Assembly: GCA_965219575.1 (NCBI GenBank) | Contig: OZ244779.1 | Location: 64,001 to 128,000, forward strand | Direction: 5' to 3' | Source of the DNA: Candidatus Oxydemutatoraceae bacterium | GTDB taxonomy: Bacteria; Pseudomonadota; Gammaproteobacteria; Poriferisulfidales; Oxydemutatoraceae | Length of the DNA: 64,000 nucleotides | Shown: positions 9,959-20,300 of the stretch, piece by piece | How positions within the stretch are numbered: position 1 is the first letter of the stretch | How the letters are laid out: each line of letters opens with the position of its first letter | Made by a program: the position numbers and the translations under genes | The notes under the pieces: model-generated | Told to the model about the DNA's origin: nothing | The model's input: only the letters and a program-made list of their open reading frames with translations | Database searches by the model: none

Positions 9959-10602
9959 AATATAACTCGCATCGCTTTATAGAATATGCTCTTGAACACG
10001 AGGCAATCAAGCTAGGACAATTCAAACTGAAATCGGGCAGAACAAGCCCTTATTTTTTTAACGCCGGCGTATTCAACGACGGACAGGCTCTATGGGAACT
10101 CGGAAACTTCTACGCGCACACGATTGTTCAATCGGGTATTGATTTTGATATGCTGTTCGGACCGGCGTATAAGGGAATACCCCTAGTTTGCGCAACGGCT
10201 ATTTGCCTACAACAACAGGGCATGCATAAACCGTTTGCTTTCAATCGCAAGGAGGAAAAAACACACGGCGAAGGCGGACACCTGATAGGTGCCCCGCTCA
10301 AGGGGCGTGTCTTGATCGTGGACGATGTCGTGAGTGCCGGCACCGCCGCACGTCACTCGTTGAAATTGATCGAATCCCACGGCGCAAAGGCAGTCGCTTT
10401 CATCGTGTCATTTGACAGACAAGAAAAAGGTCACGGCAATACATCGTCAATTGCCGAGTTGAAAGCACAATTCGGAATTGAGGTGTTATCGGTTGCCACG
10501 CTTAAAGATTTAGTCGCAGTCGTTAAGCAAAACGACCGCTACACGAAGTTTCTGAGCGACCTGACAGCGTATCAAGCACAATACGGTTTTCCCGCAGTTT
10601 AA
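9955..10602 (+). CDS. pyrE: Orotate phosphoribosyltransferase
   Basis: LKSGRTSPYFFN, FGPAYKGI, VDDVVSAG. Confidence 0.96.
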   Translation: MKYNSHRFIEYALEHEAIKLGQFKLKSGRTSPYFFNAGVFNDGQALWELGNFYAHTIVQSGIDFDMLFGPAYKGIPLVCATAICLQQQGMHKPFAFNRKEEKTHGEGGHLIGAPLKGRVLIVDDVVSAGTAARHSLKLIESHGAKAVAFIVSFDRQEKGHGNTSSIAELKAQFGIEVLSVATLKDLVAVVKQNDRYTKFLSDLTAYQAQYGFPAV

Positions 10603-10624
10603 TGTCTGAAAGTATAGTGCTGGT

Positions 10625-10907
10625 ACATTCCCCTCCTTTGGAGGGGTGGCCTATGCATTTTGCAATGCATGCGTTTAGCAGTCATGTTGAGGTTCTGAAC
10701 AAAGTCACGCCGATTGACCTGCTGGTTCAATCGGCGGTTCTATTCAGCCTGACGGGGTGGTTGTGTCGTATCTGCATGATTTATACATTCATCCATCCAA
10801 TTTATGGAAACCGTTATTTGTTGGCGCAAGCGGTTGGTGTCGTGCAGAACGGTACTCTAGGGCAGAAATATTAAATTGCCGATTGACCCACCGGCTCAAG
10901 CGGCGGT
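10625..10907. repeat. Mosaic intergenic repeat; contains an empty TIR-insertion site
   Basis: Reverse strand of about 10745-10795 reads ...CATGCAGAT ACGAC ACAACCACCCCGTCAGGCTG. Confidence 0.85.
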
Positions 10908-10964
10908 TTATTGTAGCGAACCTTCCAGAAAAACTTTGTTTCTAACGCAAATAGCCGTGCCGGG
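10908..10964 (-). pseudogene. 3' relic of a KVFLEG-tail gene (PGTAICVRNKVFLEGSLQ*)
   Basis: 50/57 nt identical to 12410-12466; no start codon before an upstream in-frame stop. Confidence 0.75.
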
Positions 10965-11085
10965 GCGACTTCGAGTAGCTCGAGGTCGCCCCGGCGACGG
11001 ACACCGGTGGCTTCGGGCACCTGCGTGGTCAACAAATGTTAATATGTGTTATATTTCATATATATCTACATAGGAAAAAATAGAG

Positions 11086-11304
11086 ATGTCAGAAATAGCA
11101 CTTTACGACACATTAAGAAAAATAAACGGAGTATCCGATGCCGAAGCAAAGGAAGCTGTTGCCGATATTGCTAGTTCAAAGGACGTAGCAACTAAAATGG
11201 ATATATCAGAACTAAAGGCGGTGATAGCAAAGCTAGAAACGCGTATGACTTGGAAGCTAGTAGGTATTGGTATAGCGATTATCGGAGTGATTAAATATCT
11301 CTAA
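11086..11304 (+). CDS. Small DUF1640/CCDC90-like protein (subfamily B), 72 aa
   Basis: GVSDAEA...DVATKMDI, C-terminal hydrophobic helix; paralogue of 6595. Confidence 0.75.
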   Translation: MSEIALYDTLRKINGVSDAEAKEAVADIASSKDVATKMDISELKAVIAKLETRMTWKLVGIGIAIIGVIKYL

Positions 11305-11441
11305 AATAGTCTCAAAACTTTGGCACCGTACACCTTTTTGGGGGGTTTTTCAAGGAGATATAACTAGAGATCCGTGCAGGGTTAGAGAAATTACTTGTTG
11401 GTTTGACAAATTCTCTCACCATTATTTCTTTTGGCGTGATA

Positions 11442-12191
11442 TTAAAGACCCAGCCCCGCTAACAAATCACTTTGAGCAGAACCTGAAACACCTTTTGTAC
11501 TAGCAGCTGCACTCTCTCTAGTGGTTTCTAAACCCCAAGAGTACCAACCATCTCTTTTCACTCTAGCAAAAAGTTCTATTCTCTTTTGAACCGGAAACAT
11601 CTTTTCTATATTCTCTGCAACTTCAATAGGTTTCTCGCTATGCTGTTTTCTAGGACAGTTGATCAATTGTTTAATGTTCCTAGCACCTCTGGGATGAGGA
11701 ATACGACCCCGCTTAAACAATAAACAGAGTTCACAATAAGACATAGTATATTGACCCGGATTGTGTGCCATCTTATCCCACACAAAGGCAACCGTTTTGT
11801 ATTCAAACCCCCATGCTGCTCCGAGTTCAATAGCCTGTTGCAAATGTGGGTTGGTTGTCCACATAAACAATAAACTGTCGTTCTCTGCTATTGATTTTAT
11901 ATCCAGCTTCTTAAGATCGGATGTTTTGATGGTCGGATACTTAAAGTTGGCTGCACTAACAAAAACATCTTTGTTCCAACCCTTGTTGTTTTCAATGGTA
12001 GCGGTTTTATCGAATTGTAATTTTCCGTTGTAATGCCATGGCGGGTCGGCATACAGAATTGAGAATTTCATATCGGGCAGTGGTGGGTAAAATCGCTTAA
12101 GCATATTTACCTTTGTTTTTCTTTTTGCTTTCGCATTGTATATCTCATAACCTGATTTCGCCTCGTTGATTTGTAGATTGTTCATCATCAT
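11442..12191 (-). CDS. MT-A70-family N6-adenine methyltransferase (orphan)
   Basis: ILYADPPW catalytic motif, LFMWTT, WGFEYKT, HSEKP, IELFAR; AT-rich. Confidence 0.9.
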   Translation of the reverse strand: MMMNNLQINEAKSGYEIYNAKAKRKTKVNMLKRFYPPLPDMKFSILYADPPWHYNGKLQFDKTATIENNKGWNKDVFVSAANFKYPTIKTSDLKKLDIKSIAENDSLLFMWTTNPHLQQAIELGAAWGFEYKTVAFVWDKMAHNPGQYTMSYCELCLLFKRGRIPHPRGARNIKQLINCPRKQHSEKPIEVAENIEKMFPVQKRIELFARVKRDGWYSWGLETTRESAAASTKGVSGSAQSDLLAGLGL

Positions 12192-12269
12192 CTCCTATGC
12201 AGTAAGTTATTTATGAATGTCTCGCACACTTCTACCATGTGCCAACCAGCGTATGTATTATATCCACAA

Positions 12270-12412
12270 AATGAATGGGTGAATGTGTTCATCATGCAGA
12301 TATGGCGCGACCACATAAGAGGATAAACCTTAGTTTATCCGACCTACATTCTTATGTTGAGGTTCTGCACAAAGTCACGCCACTTGCCCAACTGGAGCAA
12401 GTGGCGGTTCTA
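12270..12412. repeat. Mosaic repeat with a compensatory-variant hairpin GCCACTTGC/GCAAGTGGC
   Basis: Aligns to the GTTGAGGTTCTGCACAAAGTCACGCC... module. Confidence 0.75.
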
Positions 12413-12682
12413 TTGGAGCGGACCCTCCAGAAAAACCTTGCTTCTAACGCAAATAGCTGTGCCGGGGATAGGTAAAATATCGTTAGGAAAATCCAATTGG
12501 GCATTAGCGGTACTAGAACTGGTGATTCCAATAGTGATTTTTATGGTTTTACACATATCAAAAGAATCACTCAGTGTTAATCGCATAGGCACATTGACGT
12601 TCTCCCAAAATTTAGTACTAATGCTTAAAGTTAGTTTTTCCGATAAACTAGAGAAGTTAAAAACATTACAGGAGAACTTAAC

Positions 12683-12949
12683 ATGAAGAGAAAACGTTTT
12701 AGTGAAGAACAAATCATTAAGGCATTAAAGTCAAATCAAGCCGGCATGAAAGTAATCGATATCTGTCGTGATCTAGGCATCGCCGAACAGACATTTTATC
12801 GCTGGCGCAGCAAGTATAATGGCATGGAAGTGGCAGAAGCTAAACGCCTGCGAGAGCTTGAAGCCGATAATAGCAAGCTCAAGAAGCTATTGGCTGAATC
12901 GGTGATGCAGTGTGAAACACTTAAGGAGGTATTATCAAAAAAGTGGTAA
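12683..12949 (+). CDS. IS3 transposase OrfA
   Basis: MKRKRFSEEQII HTH, TFYRWRSKY. Confidence 0.93.
   Translation: MKRKRFSEEQIIKALKSNQAGMKVIDICRDLGIAEQTFYRWRSKYNGMEVAEAKRLRELEADNSKLKKLLAESVMQCETLKEVLSKKW
12923..12943 (+). promoter_or_regulatory. -1 programmed frameshift signal
   Basis: AAGGAGG (12923-12929) upstream of AAAAAAG (12937-12943) at the OrfA/OrfB overlap; OrfB is in the -1 frame. Confidence 0.8.
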
Positions 12950-13767
12950 AGCCGGCGCAACGCAAGCAGATTGTCAAAGATCTAGTGAGCGCGGGTCGGC
13001 ATAGTGAACGCACTGCGTGTGCCCTTGCCAGTATTAGTCGCACTGCATATCGCTATCAGGGCAACCAAGCCGATAAAGATCGTCAACTGGAAGTTGCGTT
13101 ATTGGAGAAGGCAAAGCAATATCCACATTATGGCTATAAGATGTTGCATGCGCTTTTGAAGAGCGAAGGCCGGGTCGTCAATGTGAAGCGTACCTATAGG
13201 CTTTATAAGAAGCTCAGGCTCGAATTGAGAACCAAGAAGCGCAAGAAGCTGTGTCATCCGCGTGGCGTGCCGAAAACACCGGCAACGGTGAATGAGTGCT
13301 GGTCAATGGACTTTGTGCATGACCAGTTTAGCGACGGCAGATGCTTTCGGGTATTGAACATAGTAGATAACTTCAGCCGTGAATGTGTCGGACAGATTGT
13401 TGATGTTTCGATCACCGGTCAACGCGTAGCAAACTATCTATCCGAATTGATAGAATGGCTCGGTGTGAAGCCGGCACGCATCGTCTGCGACAATGGCACC
13501 GAGTTTAGATGCAAGGCGATGTTTCACTGGAGCCGAGATCAGCAGGTGGAATTGGACTTTATCCAACCCGGCAAACCGACCCAGAATGCCTTTGTAGAAA
13601 GTTTCAACGGCAAGTTCCGAGACGGTTGTCTGAACCAGTTCTGGTTTCGTTCAATAAAAGAGGCGAGAGAGATTATAGAAGCCTGGCGAATAGATTATAA
13701 TGAAGTGCGTCCGCACAGCGCATTGGGTTATCAACCCCCAAGTGTATTTGCGGAGGCTATAGCATGA
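12943..13767 (+). CDS. IS3 transposase OrfB (DDE/rve)
   Basis: WSMDF, CDNGTEF, ESFNGKFRD, RPHSALG. Confidence 0.93.
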   Translation: MVKPAQRKQIVKDLVSAGRHSERTACALASISRTAYRYQGNQADKDRQLEVALLEKAKQYPHYGYKMLHALLKSEGRVVNVKRTYRLYKKLRLELRTKKRKKLCHPRGVPKTPATVNECWSMDFVHDQFSDGRCFRVLNIVDNFSRECVGQIVDVSITGQRVANYLSELIEWLGVKPARIVCDNGTEFRCKAMFHWSRDQQVELDFIQPGKPTQNAFVESFNGKFRDGCLNQFWFRSIKEAREIIEAWRIDYNEVRPHSALGYQPPSVFAEAIA

Positions 13768-14227
13768 AAACTAACTTTGTATATGGTAATAAAAATGGGG
13801 TAACGTCAACATCTTGTTGATCATCGGAATCCATGCAGAGTCGGTAAGAAATACCGGCGGAACTAGAAAAGTCAAGGAAACGACCTAAAGAACAGTTAGT
13901 AAGAGGAGGAGTATAATTGCTCTCATCCGCCAAACTCCCTTCGCTGGGACTAACATCCAAAGACTGAATTTGAGTCACTAACACCTCGCTAACCGTGAGT
14001 TGACGGCTTAACTTGACATTGAAATCTATTATGCGCCCCATAGAGGTTCGAGTGGTTTCTACATCTCCTAGGCCAACAAAAACTTGTGCGGAAGCCACAT
14101 TTGCCGAGCAAACGAGCAGTAAGCACAAACCGGCATGGATTAGATAACGTCGTAAGTATTTCATCACCCCAAATTTTTTCATAGCCCACCATTATATCAG
14201 TACGCCAGAACCCAATTTAATAATGAT

Positions 14228-14398
14228 ATGGATGAATGTATAAACATAGTACGGATACGACACAACCACCCCGTCAGGCTGAATAGAACCGCCGATTGAA
14301 CCAGTCGGTCAATCGGCGTGACTTTGTGCAGAACCTTAACATGACTGCTAAACGCATACATTGCAAAATCCATAGGCCACCCCTCCACAGGAGGGGAA
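14228..14398. repeat. Mosaic intergenic repeat (second empty TIR-insertion site)
   Basis: GGATACGACACAACCACCCCGTCAGGCT plus CCGATTGA and CCCCTCC hairpins. Confidence 0.85.
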
Positions 14399-14400
14399 TA

Positions 14401-14431
14401 AAATAAAAAAGCCCTGCGGAGCAGGGCTTTC
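14401..14431 (-). terminator. Rho-independent terminator of groEL
   Basis: AAAGCCCTGC-GGA-GCAGGGCTTT stem followed by a T-run on the minus strand. Confidence 0.8.
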
Positions 14432-14456
14432 TTGTTTAAGCAGATGTTGCTACGGA

Positions 14457-16109
<1,653 letters not shown>

Positions 16110-16120
16110 CTATTGTCGGT

Positions 16121-16411
16121 TTAAGACTCAAGAATAGCCAACACGTCATCTTCACGCATAACGACTATATCTTCTCCGTCCAGCTTGATTTCGGTACCTG
16201 AATACTTACCGAACAAAATCTTATCGCCCTTTTTGAGGGTTAAAGCACGAACCGTGCCGTCATCCAGCAGTTTGCCCTCTCCGACTGCTACGACTTCTCC
16301 TCTCATAGGCTTTTCAGTAGCACTGTCGGGAATGACAATGCCACCAGGGCTTAATTTCTCTTCTTCCGTGCGTTTTACTACGACACGGTCGTGTAAAGGT
16401 CGAATATTCAT
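16121..16411 (-). CDS. groES: Co-chaperonin GroES
   Basis: [19 protein letters not shown]. Confidence 0.99.
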   Translation of the reverse strand: MNIRPLHDRVVVKRTEEEKLSPGGIVIPDSATEKPMRGEVVAVGEGKLLDDGTVRALTLKKGDKILFGKYSGTEIKLDGEDIVVMREDDVLAILES

Positions 16412-16490
16412 TCTTCGTAGACTCCTATTTATAATGTTTATTTCAATGATTTTAATTAAGGTATCGCATTTTATACCTAATTAGGCATAG

Positions 16491-16517
16491 ATATAAGGGT
16501 AATCTCTAAAAATTCAA
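16491..16517 (-). promoter_or_regulatory. Candidate sigma-32 promoter of groES-groEL
   Basis: Minus strand TTGAA-N13-CCCTTATAT resembles the heat-shock consensus. Confidence 0.5.
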
Positions 16518-16571
16518 TAAAAAAAGTTAAAAAAATTAAATTGGCGTGCTTGTCTATGGTTTCGGGCAATG

Positions 16572-16896
16572 TGAGACAGCCCTGTGCATGCGGTATAACA
16601 CAACTATCGCAAGCGATAAGAGTAGCAACAGCGAGTAGCCCACAAAACCACCACTGCTACTACGCTTCTTTCATCTCACGCTCCGACAAAAGGTTCTCGT
16701 CGCTGACCGTGAACTCATAATATCCTCTCCCCCCTTCGACATGGGCAACCAATGCCAAATAATCACCCGCTCTAGGGGCAATCCATTCAATGCTCGATAC
16801 ATCGCTGCCACGATAACGCTCACTCCGTTCTATTAAACTCGTCGCGTCGGGATCATATAAGCTCAACTCCGTCACCATTCGGGTATTATCATAGCC
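16572..16896 (-). pseudogene. 3' relic of a second copy of the CLCA-like/vWA gene
   Basis: Near-identical to about 33417-33755, with a small deletion; cut by the IS end at 16897. Confidence 0.85.
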
Positions 16897-17344
16897 TGAC
16901 GTTACCCCATTTTTAGGGCCACCTGCAATGTCAGTTTTCATGCTATTGCCTCCGCAAATACACTCGGAGGTTGATACCTCAATGCGCGGTGCGCACGGAC
17001 TTCATCATAATCTATGCGCCAGTCTTCTATAATCTCTCTGGCCTCTTTTATTGAACGAAACCAGAACTGGCTCAGGCAACCAGCTCGGAACTTGCCGTTG
17101 AAACTTTCTACAAAGGCATTCCGGGTCGGTTTGCCGGGTTGGATAAAGTCCAATTCCACCTGCTGGTCTCGGTTCCAGTGGAACATGGCATTGCATCTAA
17201 ACTCGGTGCCATTGTCGCAGACGATGCGTACCGGCTTTGCGTCGAGCCGTTCTATCAATTAAGTTCTCCTGTAATGTTTTTAACTTCTCTAGTTTATCGG
17301 AAAAACCAACTTAAACATTGGTACTAAATTCGGGGAGAACGTCA
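16897..17344 (-). mobile_element. Internally deleted IS3 copy (448 bp), both IRs retained
   Basis: Same TGACGTT ends as 12595-13808; left-end leader fused at about 17258 to the distal OrfB; no target duplication. Confidence 0.9.
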
Positions 17345-17351
17345 GTATCAT

Positions 17352-20300
17352 TTATTGAAGAGGGCCTTCTAAAAATACTTTGGTGCGAATCCTAAGCAGC
17401 GGACGAGTTGTATAAACACGCTCCGGCGAATAAACCGCTTCGCGATAACCTTGACCATCGGTATAAGTCCCTTTGACGCGAAATAGACTGCCATCCTCTA
17501 CTACAGAGAACCTGTTGCCACCTTCCACCAAAATACTAGAACCCGATATCATGTACCGTATCCCGCCGGCATCGTCGATATTCATCCAATGACTCTCCGA
17601 GGGACAACGCCCTTCATTCCCTTCACAGACTTGCCATTGATACACCACAGTCCCACTAGTGCCTCCGTCGGGATCGTCGGATAATATCATCGCCGTTAAT
17701 GTCGTCCCTCCGCTTACTATTTCTACGGAGATTCGTATCGTTGCAGAACCATTATTTTTCTTCCTCACTTCTACCAATACCGCACTTGTCGTAGCGAGCT
17801 CCCCGTCGCTCACTTCTACCTCCAAATTGAGCGTCGTTCGGGTGGATGCAGCATCTTTTATATAGTCGGGTGGAATGTCGAGTGTTGCCGGGTTGCTATT
17901 GTCATTGCTAAATACCCCGGAATCCTCGCTCCAGCGATACATTAAGTCGTCATAGTTTGCATCACTTGCACTCACGCTAATATTTTGCGTATCGCCTTCA
18001 CCGATCACCTCCGTTGCAGTAGTGCTTGTGATAACCGGTCGTTCATTTGCAACGATATAGGAGTTGGATTGAATAACCACAGACTGTCCTAGATTATCCA
18101 TGATTATTAGGTCTAGTCTATAACTGGTGCCGGTCGCGCGTCCCAATTTATTGTCCGCTATCATATAGGTTCGGCTGGTAGCATCCGTTATAGCAACACC
18201 CTCTCTATACCACCGATAATTCACCCCAACGATATTGTCCGCATCCTCTAGCGTTGAAGTCGCACGCAGTAACCATTTATTGCTATTATCCGGTTCTATG
18301 CGCACACGACCGGTCGGCTTCTTACCAACACGCACCAGCAAAGATACATTGGCGGTTGATCCTCTGCTATCCGTTGCGGTGAATACGACAGTGGCTGTTC
18401 CTGCTATAACACCGGTTAGTGTGAAGGTTATACTCGTATCGGTCGTTATCGTATCGGTTTGTGTCGGTATCACCGATACGATAGTCCGGCTTGATGACCT
18501 CGCCGCCAAAACGACACCATCGCCGACATCAAAATTAGTGTCCGATATCAAAACCATTACTTGCGTGGTGTTGCCCAACCTTATCGCCGGCTGCGGTGCG
18601 GCAATAAGCTCAAGCATCGGGGCTTCGTTCCCTTCGACTGCCACCTCAAACCGTTTTGAGACCTCGGAGTTCGACACACCTCTGCGGTCATTCACCGTCG
18701 CAGTGACTGTCGTAATACCGGCACCGATACCGGTAATCTTAATCGTGCGCGTCGTACCCGCTCCCGCTACACTTACGCTTGCAACTTCGGGTTCATCCGA
18801 TTGAATACCGAATATTAGATCACTTGATATATCGTCGGCATCGGCATCGCTTAGCTCCACACCAAACACAGCCTCTGCCCCTTCTAACAGACTGATACGT
18901 TGCGAAGGTATACCGCTAATCGTCGGCGAATTATTTACACGCTCTCTATGAGTATATCCCGGTGTATCAATCGTTTCGCGATAACCTTGACCATCGGTAT
19001 AAGTCGCTTCTGCACGAAATACACTGATATCTTTTACTATCTGAAATCTACTGCCGCCTTCCAACAAAATACTAGAACCCGATATGATGTACTGTGCTTC
19101 GTTAGCTCCATCAATATCCAGCCAATCATTCGCCGAGGGACAAGAGAATCCGTTCCCTTCACATACCTGCCATTGATACGCCACAGCCTCACCGGTGCCT
19201 CCGTCAGGATCATCGGAGGATACGGTTGCCAGGATTGCCGTATCTCCGTTTATTTCGTCTAGGGAAACTCCTAATCTTGCAAAATCATTATTTTTCTTGT
19301 TCACCACGACCAGTACCGTTCTTGTCGTAAAGAGCTCCCCGTCGTTTACTTCCACCTCCAGATTGAGTATCGTTTGGGTGGATACGGCATCTCTTATATA
19401 GTAGGGTGGAATGCTTAATCTCGCCGGGTTGCTATTCTCATTGCTTAATACCCCGGAGTCCCCAATCCAGCGATACACTAAGTCGTCATAGTTCGGATCA
19501 CTCGCTGTCACGCTAATATCCTGCCTGTCACCCTCACTGATCTCTGCTACAGGAACGGTAATAACAGGTTGTTCATTTGCAACCTCATAGGGGTTCGATC
19601 GAATAACTACCGATTGCCCTAGACTATCCATAACCGTCATTTCTAAACTATAGCTTGTGCCTACGGCGCGTCCATTTCTACTGTCCGGTATCGTATAGGT
19701 CGGGTTGGTAGCATTCGCTATCGCAACACCCTCTCTATACCATTGATAATTTACCTCAACAATGCCGTTCGCATCCTCTACCGTTGAAGCCACACGCAGT
19801 AACCATTGATTACTGCTATCCGGTTCTATGCGCACACCACCGGTCGGCTTCGCATCGACAGACACCAGCAAAGAGACACTATCGGTTGACACGCTCCTAT
19901 CCGTTGCAGTGAATACAATAGTCGCTGTTCCTGCTTTAATACCGCTTAGTGTGAAGGGTACGCTCATATCGGTCGCTATAGGGTCGGTTCTCGTCGGTAT
20001 CACCGATACGATAGATCGGCTTGACGACATCGCCTCCAAAACAACACCATCGCCCACATCAAAATCGGCATCCGACACCAAAACCATTACCTGTGTGGTA
20101 TTGCCCAGCCCTATCGTTCGATTGGGTGCGGCAATAACCTCAAGCATCGGGGCTTCGTTCCCTTCAACCTCCACCTCAAACCGTTCCGAGACTTCGGAGT
20201 TCGACACACCTCTACCATCGTTGACCGTCGCAGTGATGGTCGCAATACCGACACCGATAGCGGTAATCTTAATCGTACGGGTCGTACCCGCTCCTTCTAC

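Larger units (their letters stand above)
12595..13808 (+). mobile_element. IS3-family insertion sequence, intact (1214 bp)
   Basis: TGACGTT...AACGTCA ends; 4-bp target duplication ACAT (12591-12594, 13809-13812). Confidence 0.95.
12410..14182 (-). pseudogene. Secreted 184-aa KVFLEG-tail protein interrupted by IS3
   Basis: Removing 12595-13808 and one ACAT joins ...DDQQDV to PMRLTL... in frame (555 nt); signal peptide; ends VRSKVFLEGPLQ*. Confidence 0.85.

Noticed and set aside
10602-10874. Recurring small ORFs such as 1859-2233, 10602-10874, 14197-14568, 39584-39904, 48910-49113 and 59350-59616
   Set aside because: Translations of the non-coding mosaic repeats in inconsistent frames and strands.
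10908-12466. DGR-like template/variable repeat pair (5 of 7 differences at adenines of the 10908 copy)
   Set aside because: Two differences are at non-A positions, most are silent third-position changes, the repeat is only 57 nt, and no reverse transcriptase is in the window.
16660-16941. 93-aa ORF
   Set aside because: Chimera of the IS3 end and the vWA gene relic.
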